DNA of 64,000 nt from Candidatus Eiseniibacteriota bacterium (GTDB lineage Bacteria > Eisenbacteria > RBG-16-71-46). The stretch lies in assembly GCA_963717935.1 (NCBI GenBank), contig CAVQXP010000004.1, forward strand, positions 1,920,001 through 1,984,000, written 5' to 3'. The notes below the pieces were generated by a model, which saw nothing but the letters and a program-made list of their open reading frames with translations, made no database searches and was not told the origin of the DNA. This document shows positions 45,954-55,085 of the stretch, one piece after another (positions within the stretch are counted from its first letter, which is position 1; each line of letters opens with the position of its first letter). A program made the position numbers and the translations under genes.

Positions 45954-46443
45954 GCGGAAGCGGCGGGGCCGGGGCGTCGGCGTGGTGATGGGCAGCGAGT
46001 CGGACCGGCCGACGATGGAAGAGGCCGCGCGGGTGCTGGCGGAGTTCGGCGTGCCCTGCGAGGTGGCGGTGTATTCGGCGCACCGGGCCCCGGAAGCGAC
46101 GGCGCGTTGGGCCCGTGAGGCGCGCGGCCGCGGCCTGCGCGTGATCATCGCCGGGGCGGGCGGGGCGGCGCACCTGGCGGGGACCGTCGCGGCCCATACC
46201 CGCCTGCCGGTCCTGGGCGTGCCGCTGGCGACCTCGCCGCTGGGGGGGTTCGACGCGCTGCTCGCGACGGTGCAGATGCCCCCGGGCGTGCCGGTGGGCA
46301 CGCTGGGAGTGGGCGCGTGGGGCGCAAGGAACGCCGCGCACCTGGCGCTGCGCATCCTGGCGCTCGAGGACGCGGCCCTGGCGCGGCGGATCGAGGCGCA
46401 CGCGGTCGCGCTGTCACGGCCCGCTTCGCGGCGCGGAGGATGA
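45940..46443 (+). CDS. purE: N5-CAIR mutase PurE
   Basis: MGSESD, SAHR, AGGAAHLAG, PVLGVP, QMPPGVPV. Confidence 0.95.
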   Translation: MAVRERKRRGRGVGVVMGSESDRPTMEEAARVLAEFGVPCEVAVYSAHRAPEATARWAREARGRGLRVIIAGAGGAAHLAGTVAAHTRLPVLGVPLATSPLGGFDALLATVQMPPGVPVGTLGVGAWGARNAAHLALRILALEDAALARRIEAHAVALSRPASRRGG

Positions 46444-47102
46444 GCATGGAGGTCCTGCGGATCGACCCGGAGCACCCTGACGAAATCGCGCTGATCCGCA
46501 CCGCGGAGGAGGTGCTTCGCGGGGGGATCGTGGCGTTCCCGACCGATACGACGTACGGACTCGGCTGCTCGCTCTTCGACACGGACGCGGTGGAGATGCT
46601 GACGCGGATCAAGCGGCGCGACCGGGCCACGCCTTCATCTCGCTCATCCCGGAGCCGCTGCAGGCGTGGGGGCTGGGGGCGGCGGTGAGCGCCGTGGCGG
46701 AGCGCCTCATCGAGCGCTACTGGCCCGGGCCGCTGTCACTGATCTTCCGGGCCTCGCCGCTGGTGCCGGTGCGCGTGCTCGGACGCGGCGGCACGATCGC
46801 CCTGCGCTGTCCGAAGGACACGCTGTGCCAGCGGATCCTCGAGCGCATCGGTGGACCGGTCGTCTCCTCCAGCGCCAACCTCTCGGGCGAGTCGCCCGGC
46901 GGAGAGTGCCGCGGAGGTGGTGGCCGTGTTCGGAAACCAGCTCGACCTGGTGCTGGATGGTGGCCCGCGGCACGCGCGGCCGCCGTCGACGCTGGTGGAC
47001 GTGAGCGGCGAGCGGCCGCGCCTGATGCGGCGTGGCGCCCTCGATGTGACCGCGGAGCTTGGCGCATTCGACGACGTGACAGGGGAAGCGACCGGGGCGT
47101 AG
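46440..47102 (+). CDS. tsaC: L-threonylcarbamoyladenylate synthase, TsaC/Sua5 family (frameshifts)
   Basis: FPTDTTYGLG, KRR, YWPGPLSLI, SSSANLSG, PSTLVD. Confidence 0.9.
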
Positions 47103-47163
47103 GCGCGCGGCTCCGGGGACACGGCCGGGCGCGGTCGAAGCGGGGCGCCCCGGTGCGGAAGGT

Positions 47164-47192
47164 TTGACCGCCCGTCGCACCACGCCTATGCT
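47164..47192 (+). promoter_or_regulatory. Putative sigma70 promoter of ywlE-ilvE-rpiB-glyA
   Basis: TTGACC-17 nt-TATGCT, 8 nt, then ATG. Confidence 0.65.
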
Positions 47193-47200
47193 CCACCGCG

Positions 47201-47692
47201 ATGCCGTCCCGCGATGTGCCTTTCCGCCTGGTCTTGCTGTGCACGGGCAATACGTGTCGCAGCCCGCTGGCTGCGGCGGCGTTCCGCGAGGAATTGGGGC
47301 CCGATGCGGACCGGGTCGAGGTGGTGTCCGCGGGCACGGCGGCGTGGGACGGGCAGCCGGCCAGCGCGGGAGCGGACGAGGTGGCCGCGCGGGCCGGGCT
47401 CGACCTGACGGCCCATCGTTCGCGGCGGGCCGACGCCGACCTCCTGCGCGGCGCCGACCTGATCCTCGTCATGGAGCGTGAACATGCGCGCGCGGCGGAG
47501 GCTCTGGGCGCCGATCCGCGCCGTACCCACGTATTGTCCGAGTGGCCGGAGCCGGGCGAGCCGGCGCTCGCCCTGTTCGACCCGTTCGGGGGTTCGTTGG
47601 AAGCGTACGAAGAGTGTCTGGGCCGGATTCGGCGTCATGTCCGCCGCATCGTGCCGCACATCCGCGAAGCGTTGCGGTCGCGGACGGCCTGA
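47201..47692 (+). CDS. ywlE: Low-molecular-weight protein phosphatase, YwlE-like (probable arginine phosphatase)
   Basis: P-loop CTGNTCRS, SAG, DPFGG; lies between tsaC and rpiB/glyA. Confidence 0.75.
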   Translation: MPSRDVPFRLVLLCTGNTCRSPLAAAAFREELGPDADRVEVVSAGTAAWDGQPASAGADEVAARAGLDLTAHRSRRADADLLRGADLILVMEREHARAAEALGADPRRTHVLSEWPEPGEPALALFDPFGGSLEAYEECLGRIRRHVRRIVPHIREALRSRTA

Positions 47693-47723
47693 ATCCCGTG
47701 CCGCACATCCCGTGAGGTGAGCC

Positions 47724-48674
47724 ATGCCGATGACGAAAGCGAAGAGCATCTGGATGAACGGGGAGCTGGTGCCCTGGGACGACGCGAAGGTCCACGTCCT
47801 GACGCATGCACTGCACTACGCCTCGAGCGTGTTCGAGGGCATTCGGGCGTACCAGACGCCGAAAGGCCCGGCCATCTTCCGGCTTGAGGAGCACATCGAC
47901 CGGTTGATGTTCTCGGCGCGGGTCTACCGGATGGAGCAGGAGCTGTCCTTCACGCGTGACCAGATTCGTGACGCCTGTCTCAAGACCGTGGCGGTGAACG
48001 ATTTGAAGGACTGCTACGTCCGTCCGCTCATCTACCGCAGCTACGAGCACATGGGCGTGAACCCGTTCGGCAACCCGGTGCATGTCTGCGTGGCCGCCTT
48101 CGTCTGGGGCCAGTACCTCGGCAAGGACGCGCTCGAGAAGGGCAGCTCGGTCAAGGTCGGCACCTGGCACCGCCTGGCGCCGAATACGCTGCCGGTCATG
48201 GTCAAGGCCTCCGCCAACTACATGAACTCGCAGCTTCTCAAGATGGAGGCCGTGGTCGAGGGCTACGACGAGGCCATCGCCCTCGACGTGAACGGGTACG
48301 TGAGCGAGGGCAGCGCGGCGAACGTCTTCGCCGTGGTCAAGGGCGAGATCCTGACCCCGCTGCTGGCGAACAGCGTCCTGGCGGGCATCACGCGCGACAG
48401 CGTCATCACGCTGGCGCGCGAGCTGGGCTACACCGTGCGGGAGCAGTCCCTGCCGCGCGAGATGCTCTACCTGGCAGAGGAGCTCTTCTACAGCGGCACG
48501 GCCGTCGAGGTGACGCCGATCACGTCGGTGGACAAGATTCCCGTGGGCAAGGGCACGGTGGGCCCGATCACGAAGGCGCTGCAGCGCGCCTACTTCTCCG
48601 AGGTGCGGGGCGAAGTGCCCGACCGGCACGGGTGGCTCACCGTGGTCGGCCAGGGCGTGGGCGCGGCGCGCTGA
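47724..48674 (+). CDS. ilvE: Branched-chain amino acid aminotransferase
   Basis: LHYASSVFEG, YVRP, KASANY, EGSAANVF, LAGITR, GTAVEV. Confidence 0.95.
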   Translation: MPMTKAKSIWMNGELVPWDDAKVHVLTHALHYASSVFEGIRAYQTPKGPAIFRLEEHIDRLMFSARVYRMEQELSFTRDQIRDACLKTVAVNDLKDCYVRPLIYRSYEHMGVNPFGNPVHVCVAAFVWGQYLGKDALEKGSSVKVGTWHRLAPNTLPVMVKASANYMNSQLLKMEAVVEGYDEAIALDVNGYVSEGSAANVFAVVKGEILTPLLANSVLAGITRDSVITLARELGYTVREQSLPREMLYLAEELFYSGTAVEVTPITSVDKIPVGKGTVGPITKALQRAYFSEVRGEVPDRHGWLTVVGQGVGAAR

Positions 48675-48696
48675 GGCGCCGGTTCGAGGGGGCTGC

Positions 48697-49155
48697 ATGA
48701 AGATCGCGATCGGTACCGACCACGCGGGCTATGAGCTGAAGGAGCGCCTCAAGCGCGAGCTCGCGGGCCTGGGCCACGACGTGCTGGACGTGGGCACCGC
48801 CGCTGCCCTTCCGCCCGTGGACTACCCCGACTACTGCTTCCCGGTGGGGGAGTTGGTGGCGCACGGCGAGGTGGACCGCGGGGTCGTGCTGGGTGGGAGC
48901 GGGATCGGCGAGGCGATCGCGGCGAACAAGGTGGCGGGGGTGCGCGCGGCCCTCGTCACCAGCGACGAAACCGCGCGGCTGACCCGCGAGCACAACGATT
49001 CGAACGTCATGGCGGTGGGGGCCCGGACCAACCGACACGACGACGCCGTGCGCTGGCTGCGCATCTGGCTTGAGACCCCCTTCGAGGGCGGGCGGCATGC
49101 CCCGCGTCTCGACAAGATCCGGACGTACGAAGACCTCCACTGGAGGAGCCGCTAG
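48697..49155 (+). CDS. rpiB: Ribose-5-phosphate isomerase B
   Basis: [32 protein letters not shown]. Confidence 0.93.
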   Translation: MKIAIGTDHAGYELKERLKRELAGLGHDVLDVGTAAALPPVDYPDYCFPVGELVAHGEVDRGVVLGGSGIGEAIAANKVAGVRAALVTSDETARLTREHNDSNVMAVGARTNRHDDAVRWLRIWLETPFEGGRHAPRLDKIRTYEDLHWRSR

Positions 49156-49160
49156 GCGCC

Positions 49161-50431
49161 ATGTCATCACTGCACGAGCAGGACCCCGCCATCTTCGACG
49201 CGATCCAGAACGAGCGCCGACCGCCAGCTCACGCACCCTCGAGCTCATCGCGTCCGAGAACTTCGTGAGCGACGCCGTACTCGAGGCGATGGGCTCGGTC
49301 ATGACCAACAAGTACGCCGAGGGCCTGCCGCGCAAGCGCTACTACGGTGGCTGCGAGTTCGTGGACGTGGCGGAGGATCTGGCGCGTGACCGCGTGAAGC
49401 AGCTGTTCGCCGCCGAGCACGCCAACGTGCAGGCCCACTCGGGCGCGTCGGCGAACATGGCGGCCTACCTGGCGGTGTCGAAGCCGGGTGACACGCTCCT
49501 GGGCATGAGCCTGGCGCACGGTGGGCACCTCACGCACGGGCATCCGGTCTCGTATACCGGGCAGCTGTGGAAGTCGGTCCAGTACGGCGTGCGCCCCGAG
49601 GACGGGCGCATCGACTACGACCAGGTCGAAGCCCTCGCCCGGGAGCACCGGCCGCGGATCATCGTGGCGGGCGCCAGCGCCTACCCGCGGGTCATCGATT
49701 TCGCGCGGTTCGGGGCGATCGCGCAGGAGGTGGGGGCGAGCCTGGTCGTGGACATGGCCCACATCGCCGGACTGGTGGCCGTCGGGCTGCATCCCAGCCC
49801 GGTGGCGCACGCGGACCTGGTCACCAGCACGACGCACAAGACGATGCGCGGGCCGCGCGGGGGCTTCGTGCTGGCCAAGGCCGCGCTGCTCGAGAAGCTC
49901 GACAAGAGCGTGTTCCCGGGGTTGCAGGGCGGACCGCTCATGCACGTCATCGCGGGCAAGGCCGTGTGCTTCGGGGAGGCGCTCACGCCCGGTTTCGAGC
50001 GGTACCAGCGGCGCGTGCTGGAGAACGCGAAGGCACTGGCGCAGCGGCTGCTCGAGCGCGGCATCGAACTGGTGTCGGGTGGCACGGACAACCACCTGAT
50101 GCTGCTGGACCTGAGGAAGCGCGGTCTCACCGGCAAGATCGCCGAAGAGGCGCTGCACCGGGCCCGCATCACCGTCAACAAGAACGCGGTGCCCGACGAT
50201 CCGCAGAAGCCATGGGTCACGAGCGGCGTGCGCATCGGCACCCCTGCGCTGACCACGCGCGGGTTCGGGGTGGCGGAGATGGGGGTCATCGGGGACTGCA
50301 TCGCGCGGGTGCTGGAGAAGCCGGACGACGCGGCGGTGGGGGCGGCCGTGGAGAAGGAAGTGCTCGAGCTGTGCTCGGGCTTCCCGCTGTTCTCCTGGGA
50401 CCCGGTGGAGCGCCCGGGCAGGACGGGATAG
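49161..50431 (+). CDS. glyA: Serine hydroxymethyltransferase (frameshift near 49220)
   Basis: [39 protein letters not shown]. Confidence 0.97.
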
Positions 50432-50455
50432 CGCGGGGGGCTGGTGCGGCTCGGG

Positions 50456-50494
50456 GCGGGTCCCGGGGGGGGAACCCCCAGGGACCCGTTTCGT
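50456..50494 (+). terminator. Intrinsic terminator after glyA
   Basis: GCGGGTCCC/GGGACCCGT outer stem, G-run/CCCCC inner stem with GGAA loop, followed by TTTCGT. Confidence 0.6.
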
Positions 50495-50620
50495 GCAGGG
50501 TGAAGGGCGATGCGCGTCAGGATGCATTGGGTGCGGGCGGGGGGCGTCGAAGCGGCCTGAGGCTCCGGTCAGTAGCCGTTGCCCCGCAATGGGTTGTCGG
50601 ACGCGGGGGACAGGGCGGGG

Positions 50621-50636
50621 TGGCACCGTTCCTGCA
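50621..50636 (+). promoter_or_regulatory. Putative sigma54 (-24/-12) promoter
   Basis: TGGCACCGTTCCTGCA: GG-10 nt-GC spacing, one mismatch to TGGCAC-N5-TTGC. Confidence 0.65.
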
Positions 50637-50675
50637 ATTTCCGCGAGCGTGCGACTCCGCCTTGCTTCCTGCACC

Positions 50676-51068
50676 GTGTTCGTCGAGTCACCGCGCGCGT
50701 GGGCTCTGGCGTGCCAGTACCCGTGGATGTTCGCCGGCGAGTACCTGCATCGGGCGGGGCTGCATGCCTTCTCCGCCGGGGACCATGAGACCGCCGTCAG
50801 TCTCTTCGAGGGGGCGGCCCTGCGCTACCGGGACGCGCTCAAGACGGAGCCCCTGGCGCGGGTGCGCGTGCACCAGCTCATGGCCCGTGCCTGTGCCGCC
50901 GGCGGGTGGATCAGCCCGCTGTCGCTCGAGGTGGACCGGGCGCTCACGCGACTCGAGCGGATCGAGTCGCCGGAACCGCCGTTCGCCCTCGTGCCGGCCC
51001 ACGTCCTGCTCGCGAGCTGGCTCAAGGGCGCCGAGACCGTGGCGGACGCGGAGCGGCTCGCGGCCTGA
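50676..51068 (+). CDS. Hypothetical helical protein (start GTG 50676 or ATG 50727)
   Basis: Protein-like composition with GC-rich third positions; fills the gap downstream of the sigma54 motif; no family recognised. Confidence 0.55.
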   Translation: MFVESPRAWALACQYPWMFAGEYLHRAGLHAFSAGDHETAVSLFEGAALRYRDALKTEPLARVRVHQLMARACAAGGWISPLSLEVDRALTRLERIESPEPPFALVPAHVLLASWLKGAETVADAERLAA

Positions 51069-51122
51069 AGCTCCGCCCGGGGGCGTCCCGAGAGCGCGCT
51101 CTGTGCCCTCCGCGTGCTCGGA

Positions 51123-51150
51123 TTGAACTCGTCCGCCGCTCCGATATACT
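51123..51150 (+). promoter_or_regulatory. Putative sigma70 promoter of the moxR-bat operon
   Basis: TTGAAC-16 nt-TATACT. Confidence 0.5.
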
Positions 51151-51219
51151 GCGCGTGCCGGCTGTCGCGGTCTGGAGACGGCCCGATCGCTGCTTCGCAC
51201 GTGCCCTGGAGGAGCCCGC

Positions 51220-52206
51220 ATGACGGTGGACATGAAGGAGGCCGCGCGCCGCGTCGAGCGCGCCGGCGAGACCCTCCAGCGCGTCCGTGAGGAGGTGGGG
51301 CGCGCGGTGGTGGGCCAGCGCCAGATGGTGGACCGGCTCCTCGTGGGCCTGGTCACAGGCGGCCACGTGCTGCTGGAGGGAGTGCCCGGGCTGGCCAAGA
51401 CGCTCGCGGTGAAGAGCCTCGCGGACGCGCTGGCGATCCGGTTCCGCCGCATCCAGTTCACGCCGGACCTCCTGCCCGCCGATCTCACGGGGACGCTCAT
51501 CTACAACCCTCGAGACGGTTCCTTCACGGCCAAGCGCGGACCGCTGTTCGCGAATCTGGTGCTCGCCGACGAGATCAACCGCGCCCCGGCCAAGGTGCAA
51601 TCGGCACTGCTCGAAGCCATGCAGGAACGGCAGGTGACGCTGGGCGACGAGAGCCATCGGCTCGAGGAGCCGTTCCTCGTCATGGCGACCCAGAACCCGA
51701 TCGAGCAGGAGGGGACGTACGCGCTGCCCGAGGCGCAGAGCGACCGCTTCATGCTCAAGGTCAAGATCGGCTATCCCGAGCGCGAGCAGGAGAAGGAGAT
51801 CCTGCGCCGTGTGGGGCTCGCCGAGTTGCCCGCGCTCGAGCCCCGCGCCGGACGCGAGGACGTGCTCGAGGCACGGGGCGCCCTGGCCTCGATCTACGTG
51901 GACGACAAGATCCAGGAGTACGTCCTCGATCTCGTGACCGCCACCCGGCGGCCGCGCGACTTCGGCCTGGCGCTGGACAGCCTCATCGCGTTCGGCGCCT
52001 CGCCCCGCGCCACGCTCTTCCTGGTTCGCGGCGCACAGGCGCTGGCGCTGCTCGCGGCGCGGCCCTACGTGCTGCCCGAGGACGTGAAGGGCATCGCCCC
52101 CGACGTGCTGCGCCACCGCATCCATGTCTCGTACGAGGCGGAGGCCGAGGGCGTCGACGGTGAGGAGGTCGCGCGCCGGATCCTCGAACAGGTGCGCGTG
52201 CCCTAG
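51220..52206 (+). CDS. moxR: MoxR-family AAA+ ATPase
   Basis: LLEGVPGLAKT, RIQFTPDLLPAD, DEINRAPAKVQSALLEAM, ATQNPIEQEGTY. Confidence 0.95.
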   Translation: MTVDMKEAARRVERAGETLQRVREEVGRAVVGQRQMVDRLLVGLVTGGHVLLEGVPGLAKTLAVKSLADALAIRFRRIQFTPDLLPADLTGTLIYNPRDGSFTAKRGPLFANLVLADEINRAPAKVQSALLEAMQERQVTLGDESHRLEEPFLVMATQNPIEQEGTYALPEAQSDRFMLKVKIGYPEREQEKEILRRVGLAELPALEPRAGREDVLEARGALASIYVDDKIQEYVLDLVTATRRPRDFGLALDSLIAFGASPRATLFLVRGAQALALLAARPYVLPEDVKGIAPDVLRHRIHVSYEAEAEGVDGEEVARRILEQVRVP

Positions 52207-52209
52207 CGT

Positions 52210-53091
52210 ATGCAGACTGCCGAGCTGCTGCGAAAGGTCCGGCGGCTCGAGATCCGCAGCCGGCATCTGGTCGCGGATCTCTTCGCGGGGAACGCCGAGA
52301 GCGTCTTCAAGGGGCGGGGCATGGAGTTCGAGGAGGTGCGCCGCTACGTCCCCGGGGACGAGGTGCGCGACATCGACTGGAACGTCACCGCCCGCTTCGG
52401 GGAGCCGTTCGTCAAACGCTTCGTCGAGGAGCGCGAACTCACCGTCGTACTGGTCGTGGACGTGTCACGCTCGATGCGTTTCAGCAGCGCGGAGGTCGAG
52501 AAGCGCGAACTGGCGGCCGAGCTGTGCGCGGTGCTGGGCTTCGCGGCCCAGCGGCACAACGACCGGGTGTCGCTGCTGCTCGTGGGGCGCCGGGTCGAGC
52601 ACTTCGTTCCGCCGGGCCGGGGACGCTCGCACGTGCTGCGGCTGCTGCGCGACGTGCTGGGCGCCGAGGCCCGGCCGGGCCCGGCGGGCACCCGCGAGGC
52701 CGCGCACTTCCTCCTGCGCACCGCGCGCCGGCACAGCGTGGTCTTCTGGATCTCGGACTTCGAAGACCCGCTCGACACGCGCGACTGGCGGGTGCTGGCG
52801 CGCCGCCACGACGTGACGGCCCTGCTGTTGCGGGATGCGCGCGACGAGTTGCTGCCGGCCGTGGGCTGGGTGGAGATCGAAGACCTCGAGACGGGGGAGC
52901 GGCGGCTCGTGGACAGCGGGGACCGGCGGACGCGCGAGCGCTACCAGCGCGAGGGCGCCCAGCGCCTGCGTGCCGTGAGCGGCGCGCTTGCGCAGGCCCG
53001 GTGCCCGCTGCTGGTGCTCCAGACCGGACGGCCCTGGCTGCCGGTGCTGATGCGGTACTTCAGTCAGCGGCGCCGGGGGAGGCGCGGATGA
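52210..53091 (+). CDS. DUF58 (VWA-like) protein
   Basis: GMEFEEVRRYVPGD, IDWNVTAR, EEREL, DVSRSM, ISDF. Confidence 0.92.
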   Translation: MQTAELLRKVRRLEIRSRHLVADLFAGNAESVFKGRGMEFEEVRRYVPGDEVRDIDWNVTARFGEPFVKRFVEERELTVVLVVDVSRSMRFSSAEVEKRELAAELCAVLGFAAQRHNDRVSLLLVGRRVEHFVPPGRGRSHVLRLLRDVLGAEARPGPAGTREAAHFLLRTARRHSVVFWISDFEDPLDTRDWRVLARRHDVTALLLRDARDELLPAVGWVEIEDLETGERRLVDSGDRRTRERYQREGAQRLRAVSGALAQARCPLLVLQTGRPWLPVLMRYFSQRRRGRRG

Positions 53092-54098
53092 GGCGCGCGT
53101 GCGCAGGGCTGGCCGCCGTGGCGCTCTTCGCGGGGACGGCGCTGGCCGCCCCCGCGACGCGAAGCCTGCCGGTCGCGCCGGTCCGCACCGCGAACACCCC
53201 GTCGCACGGGTACCCGTGCCAGGCCTCCGTGCGGCCCGGGTTCTCGCGGATCGGGCAGCCCGTGCTCTACCGCGGTCGCGTGGTGGTGCGCCCGGGGACC
53301 GTCCTGCGCTGGCAGATGCCGGCCAGCGGGGGCGCGTTCGAGTGGGGTAGCCCTCGGATCGGGCGCATCCCCCGGTACTCGGGCTCCATCAACCAGAGCT
53401 TGCTCGCGGACACGATGCAGATCGAGATCGACCTGCAGGCGTTCACGCCGGGCATGCTCAGCGTGCCCGGACTCGGCTTCGAAGTGCGCGAACGCACGGG
53501 GCAGCGCTGGACGGGCCATCTGCCGGTCGTCCGCCTGGGCGTCGCTTCGGTCGTGAGCGCCGAGGACACCAGCGCGCGCCTGCGCCCCCTGCGGGGCCCG
53601 CTCGGGGCACCGTGGTGGGAGCGCGTGCCCTGGCGCGTCGTGGGGCTCGTCGCGGCGGCCCTGGTGGCGGTCGCGTTCATCGTCTGGAGGCTGAGGCGCC
53701 GTCGCGCCCCGGTCGTCGAGCGCGCGCGGGCCCGGCCCCCGAAGGATCCCGCCACGGCGGCCCTCGAAGCGCTCGATGCGCTGCGGGGTCTGCGGCTGCC
53801 CGAGCACGGCCGGTTCGCCGAGCACGCCTTCCATCTGACGCGCATCCTGAGGGGATTCCTGGAGGCCACGCAGGGCGCTCCCCGCCCCGGCGACAGCACG
53901 CCGGAGCTGCTGATCCACCTCGGCGCGACGCAGCTGGCGGCGACGGACGTGGAGCGCCTCGCGGTGTTGCTCGCCGCCTGGGACCGGGTCAAGTTCGCGC
54001 GCGCCGCCTGCAGCCCCGAGGAGGCGCGGCGCGCCGAGGACGCGGTGGGGGATCTGGCCCGGCGGTGGCTCTCCGCCGCGGGGACGGAGGCCGCCTGA
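53088..54098 (+). CDS. Bat-operon membrane protein (signal peptide, BatD-like beta domain, single TM)
   Basis: Position between DUF58 and batA; signal peptide, TM followed by RRRR, STPELL and DRVKFA motifs. Confidence 0.65.
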   Translation: MRRACAGLAAVALFAGTALAAPATRSLPVAPVRTANTPSHGYPCQASVRPGFSRIGQPVLYRGRVVVRPGTVLRWQMPASGGAFEWGSPRIGRIPRYSGSINQSLLADTMQIEIDLQAFTPGMLSVPGLGFEVRERTGQRWTGHLPVVRLGVASVVSAEDTSARLRPLRGPLGAPWWERVPWRVVGLVAAALVAVAFIVWRLRRRRAPVVERARARPPKDPATAALEALDALRGLRLPEHGRFAEHAFHLTRILRGFLEATQGAPRPGDSTPELLIHLGATQLAATDVERLAVLLAAWDRVKFARAACSPEEARRAEDAVGDLARRWLSAAGTEAA

Positions 54099-55075
54099 TG
54101 CGCTGGGAGGCCCCGTGGCTCCTGCTCCTGGTGCTGCTCGTGCCGCTGCTCGCCGCGCTGCGCCGCCGCCGCCCCCCGGCGCGCCCGGCCGCCGTGCTCT
54201 GGGCGCGGGCGGCCGGCCAGGGTGGCGTGCGCGCGGGACTCGTACGTGCGGTCTCCGTGCTGCCGTGGGTGGCGCTGGCGCTCGCGCTGGTCGCGCTCGC
54301 CCGCCCCCAGCGAGGCCTGCGCCTGAGCGAGACCGAGAGCCGGGGCGTGGACATCATGCTCGCGATCGACATGTCCCCGAGCATGTCGGCGCAGGATTTC
54401 CAGCCGCTCAACCGGCTCAGCGTCGCCAAGGCGACGGCGCGCGAGTTCATCCGCCGCCGTCCGCACGATCGCATCGGGCTGGCGGGCTTCGCGGCCACGG
54501 CCTTCACGCAGTGTCCGCTCACGCTCGACCACGACGCGCTCGTGGAATTGCTCGACGGTCTCGACTTCGGGCTCGCCGAGGACGGCACCGCCATCGGCAT
54601 GGGGCTCGCGACGGCCGTGGCGCGGTTACGCGAGAGCCGCACGCCCAGCAAGGTGATCGTGCTGCTCACGGACGGCGCCAACAACCGCGGGCAGATCGAC
54701 CCGCTCACCGGCGCGGACCTGGCGCGCGCGCTGGGAGTGAAGGTCCACACGATCCTGGTGGGCCGGGGGGGCCTCGTGCCCGTGCCGTTGGACGACCCCG
54801 TGATGGGCCGGCGCATCCAGATGATGCAGATGGAGGTGGATCCGGTCTCCTTGCAGCGGATCGCGGAGCGGACGGGAGGCCGCTTCTACCGGGCCACGGA
54901 CGCGGGCGCGCTGGCGGGGATCTACGGTGAGATCGACCGGCTCGAGCGCGTGCCGGTGCGCTCGATCGTCTACCGGGACTACCGCGACCTGGCTTCCTTC
55001 GTGCTGGGCGCGGCAGCCCTGCTGCTGGCGGCTTCCGCGCTGCTCGGCAGCACCGTGGCCTTCAGGCTTCCGTGA
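54098..55075 (+). CDS. batA: VWA-domain protein BatA
   Basis: ALARPQ, MIDAS DMSPSM, PLTLDH, GTAIG, LLTDG, TGGRFYRA. Confidence 0.88.
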   Translation: MRWEAPWLLLLVLLVPLLAALRRRRPPARPAAVLWARAAGQGGVRAGLVRAVSVLPWVALALALVALARPQRGLRLSETESRGVDIMLAIDMSPSMSAQDFQPLNRLSVAKATAREFIRRRPHDRIGLAGFAATAFTQCPLTLDHDALVELLDGLDFGLAEDGTAIGMGLATAVARLRESRTPSKVIVLLTDGANNRGQIDPLTGADLARALGVKVHTILVGRGGLVPVPLDDPVMGRRIQMMQMEVDPVSLQRIAERTGGRFYRATDAGALAGIYGEIDRLERVPVRSIVYRDYRDLASFVLGAAALLLAASALLGSTVAFRLP

Positions 55076-55085
55076 GGACCCGACC

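Noticed and set aside
13262..49240. Pseudogenes or programmed frameshifting in recJ, gatAB, purD, tsaC, glyA
   Set aside because: Genes are essential or conserved with intact motifs, no slippery-site pattern, and several indels per gene; sequencing error is simpler
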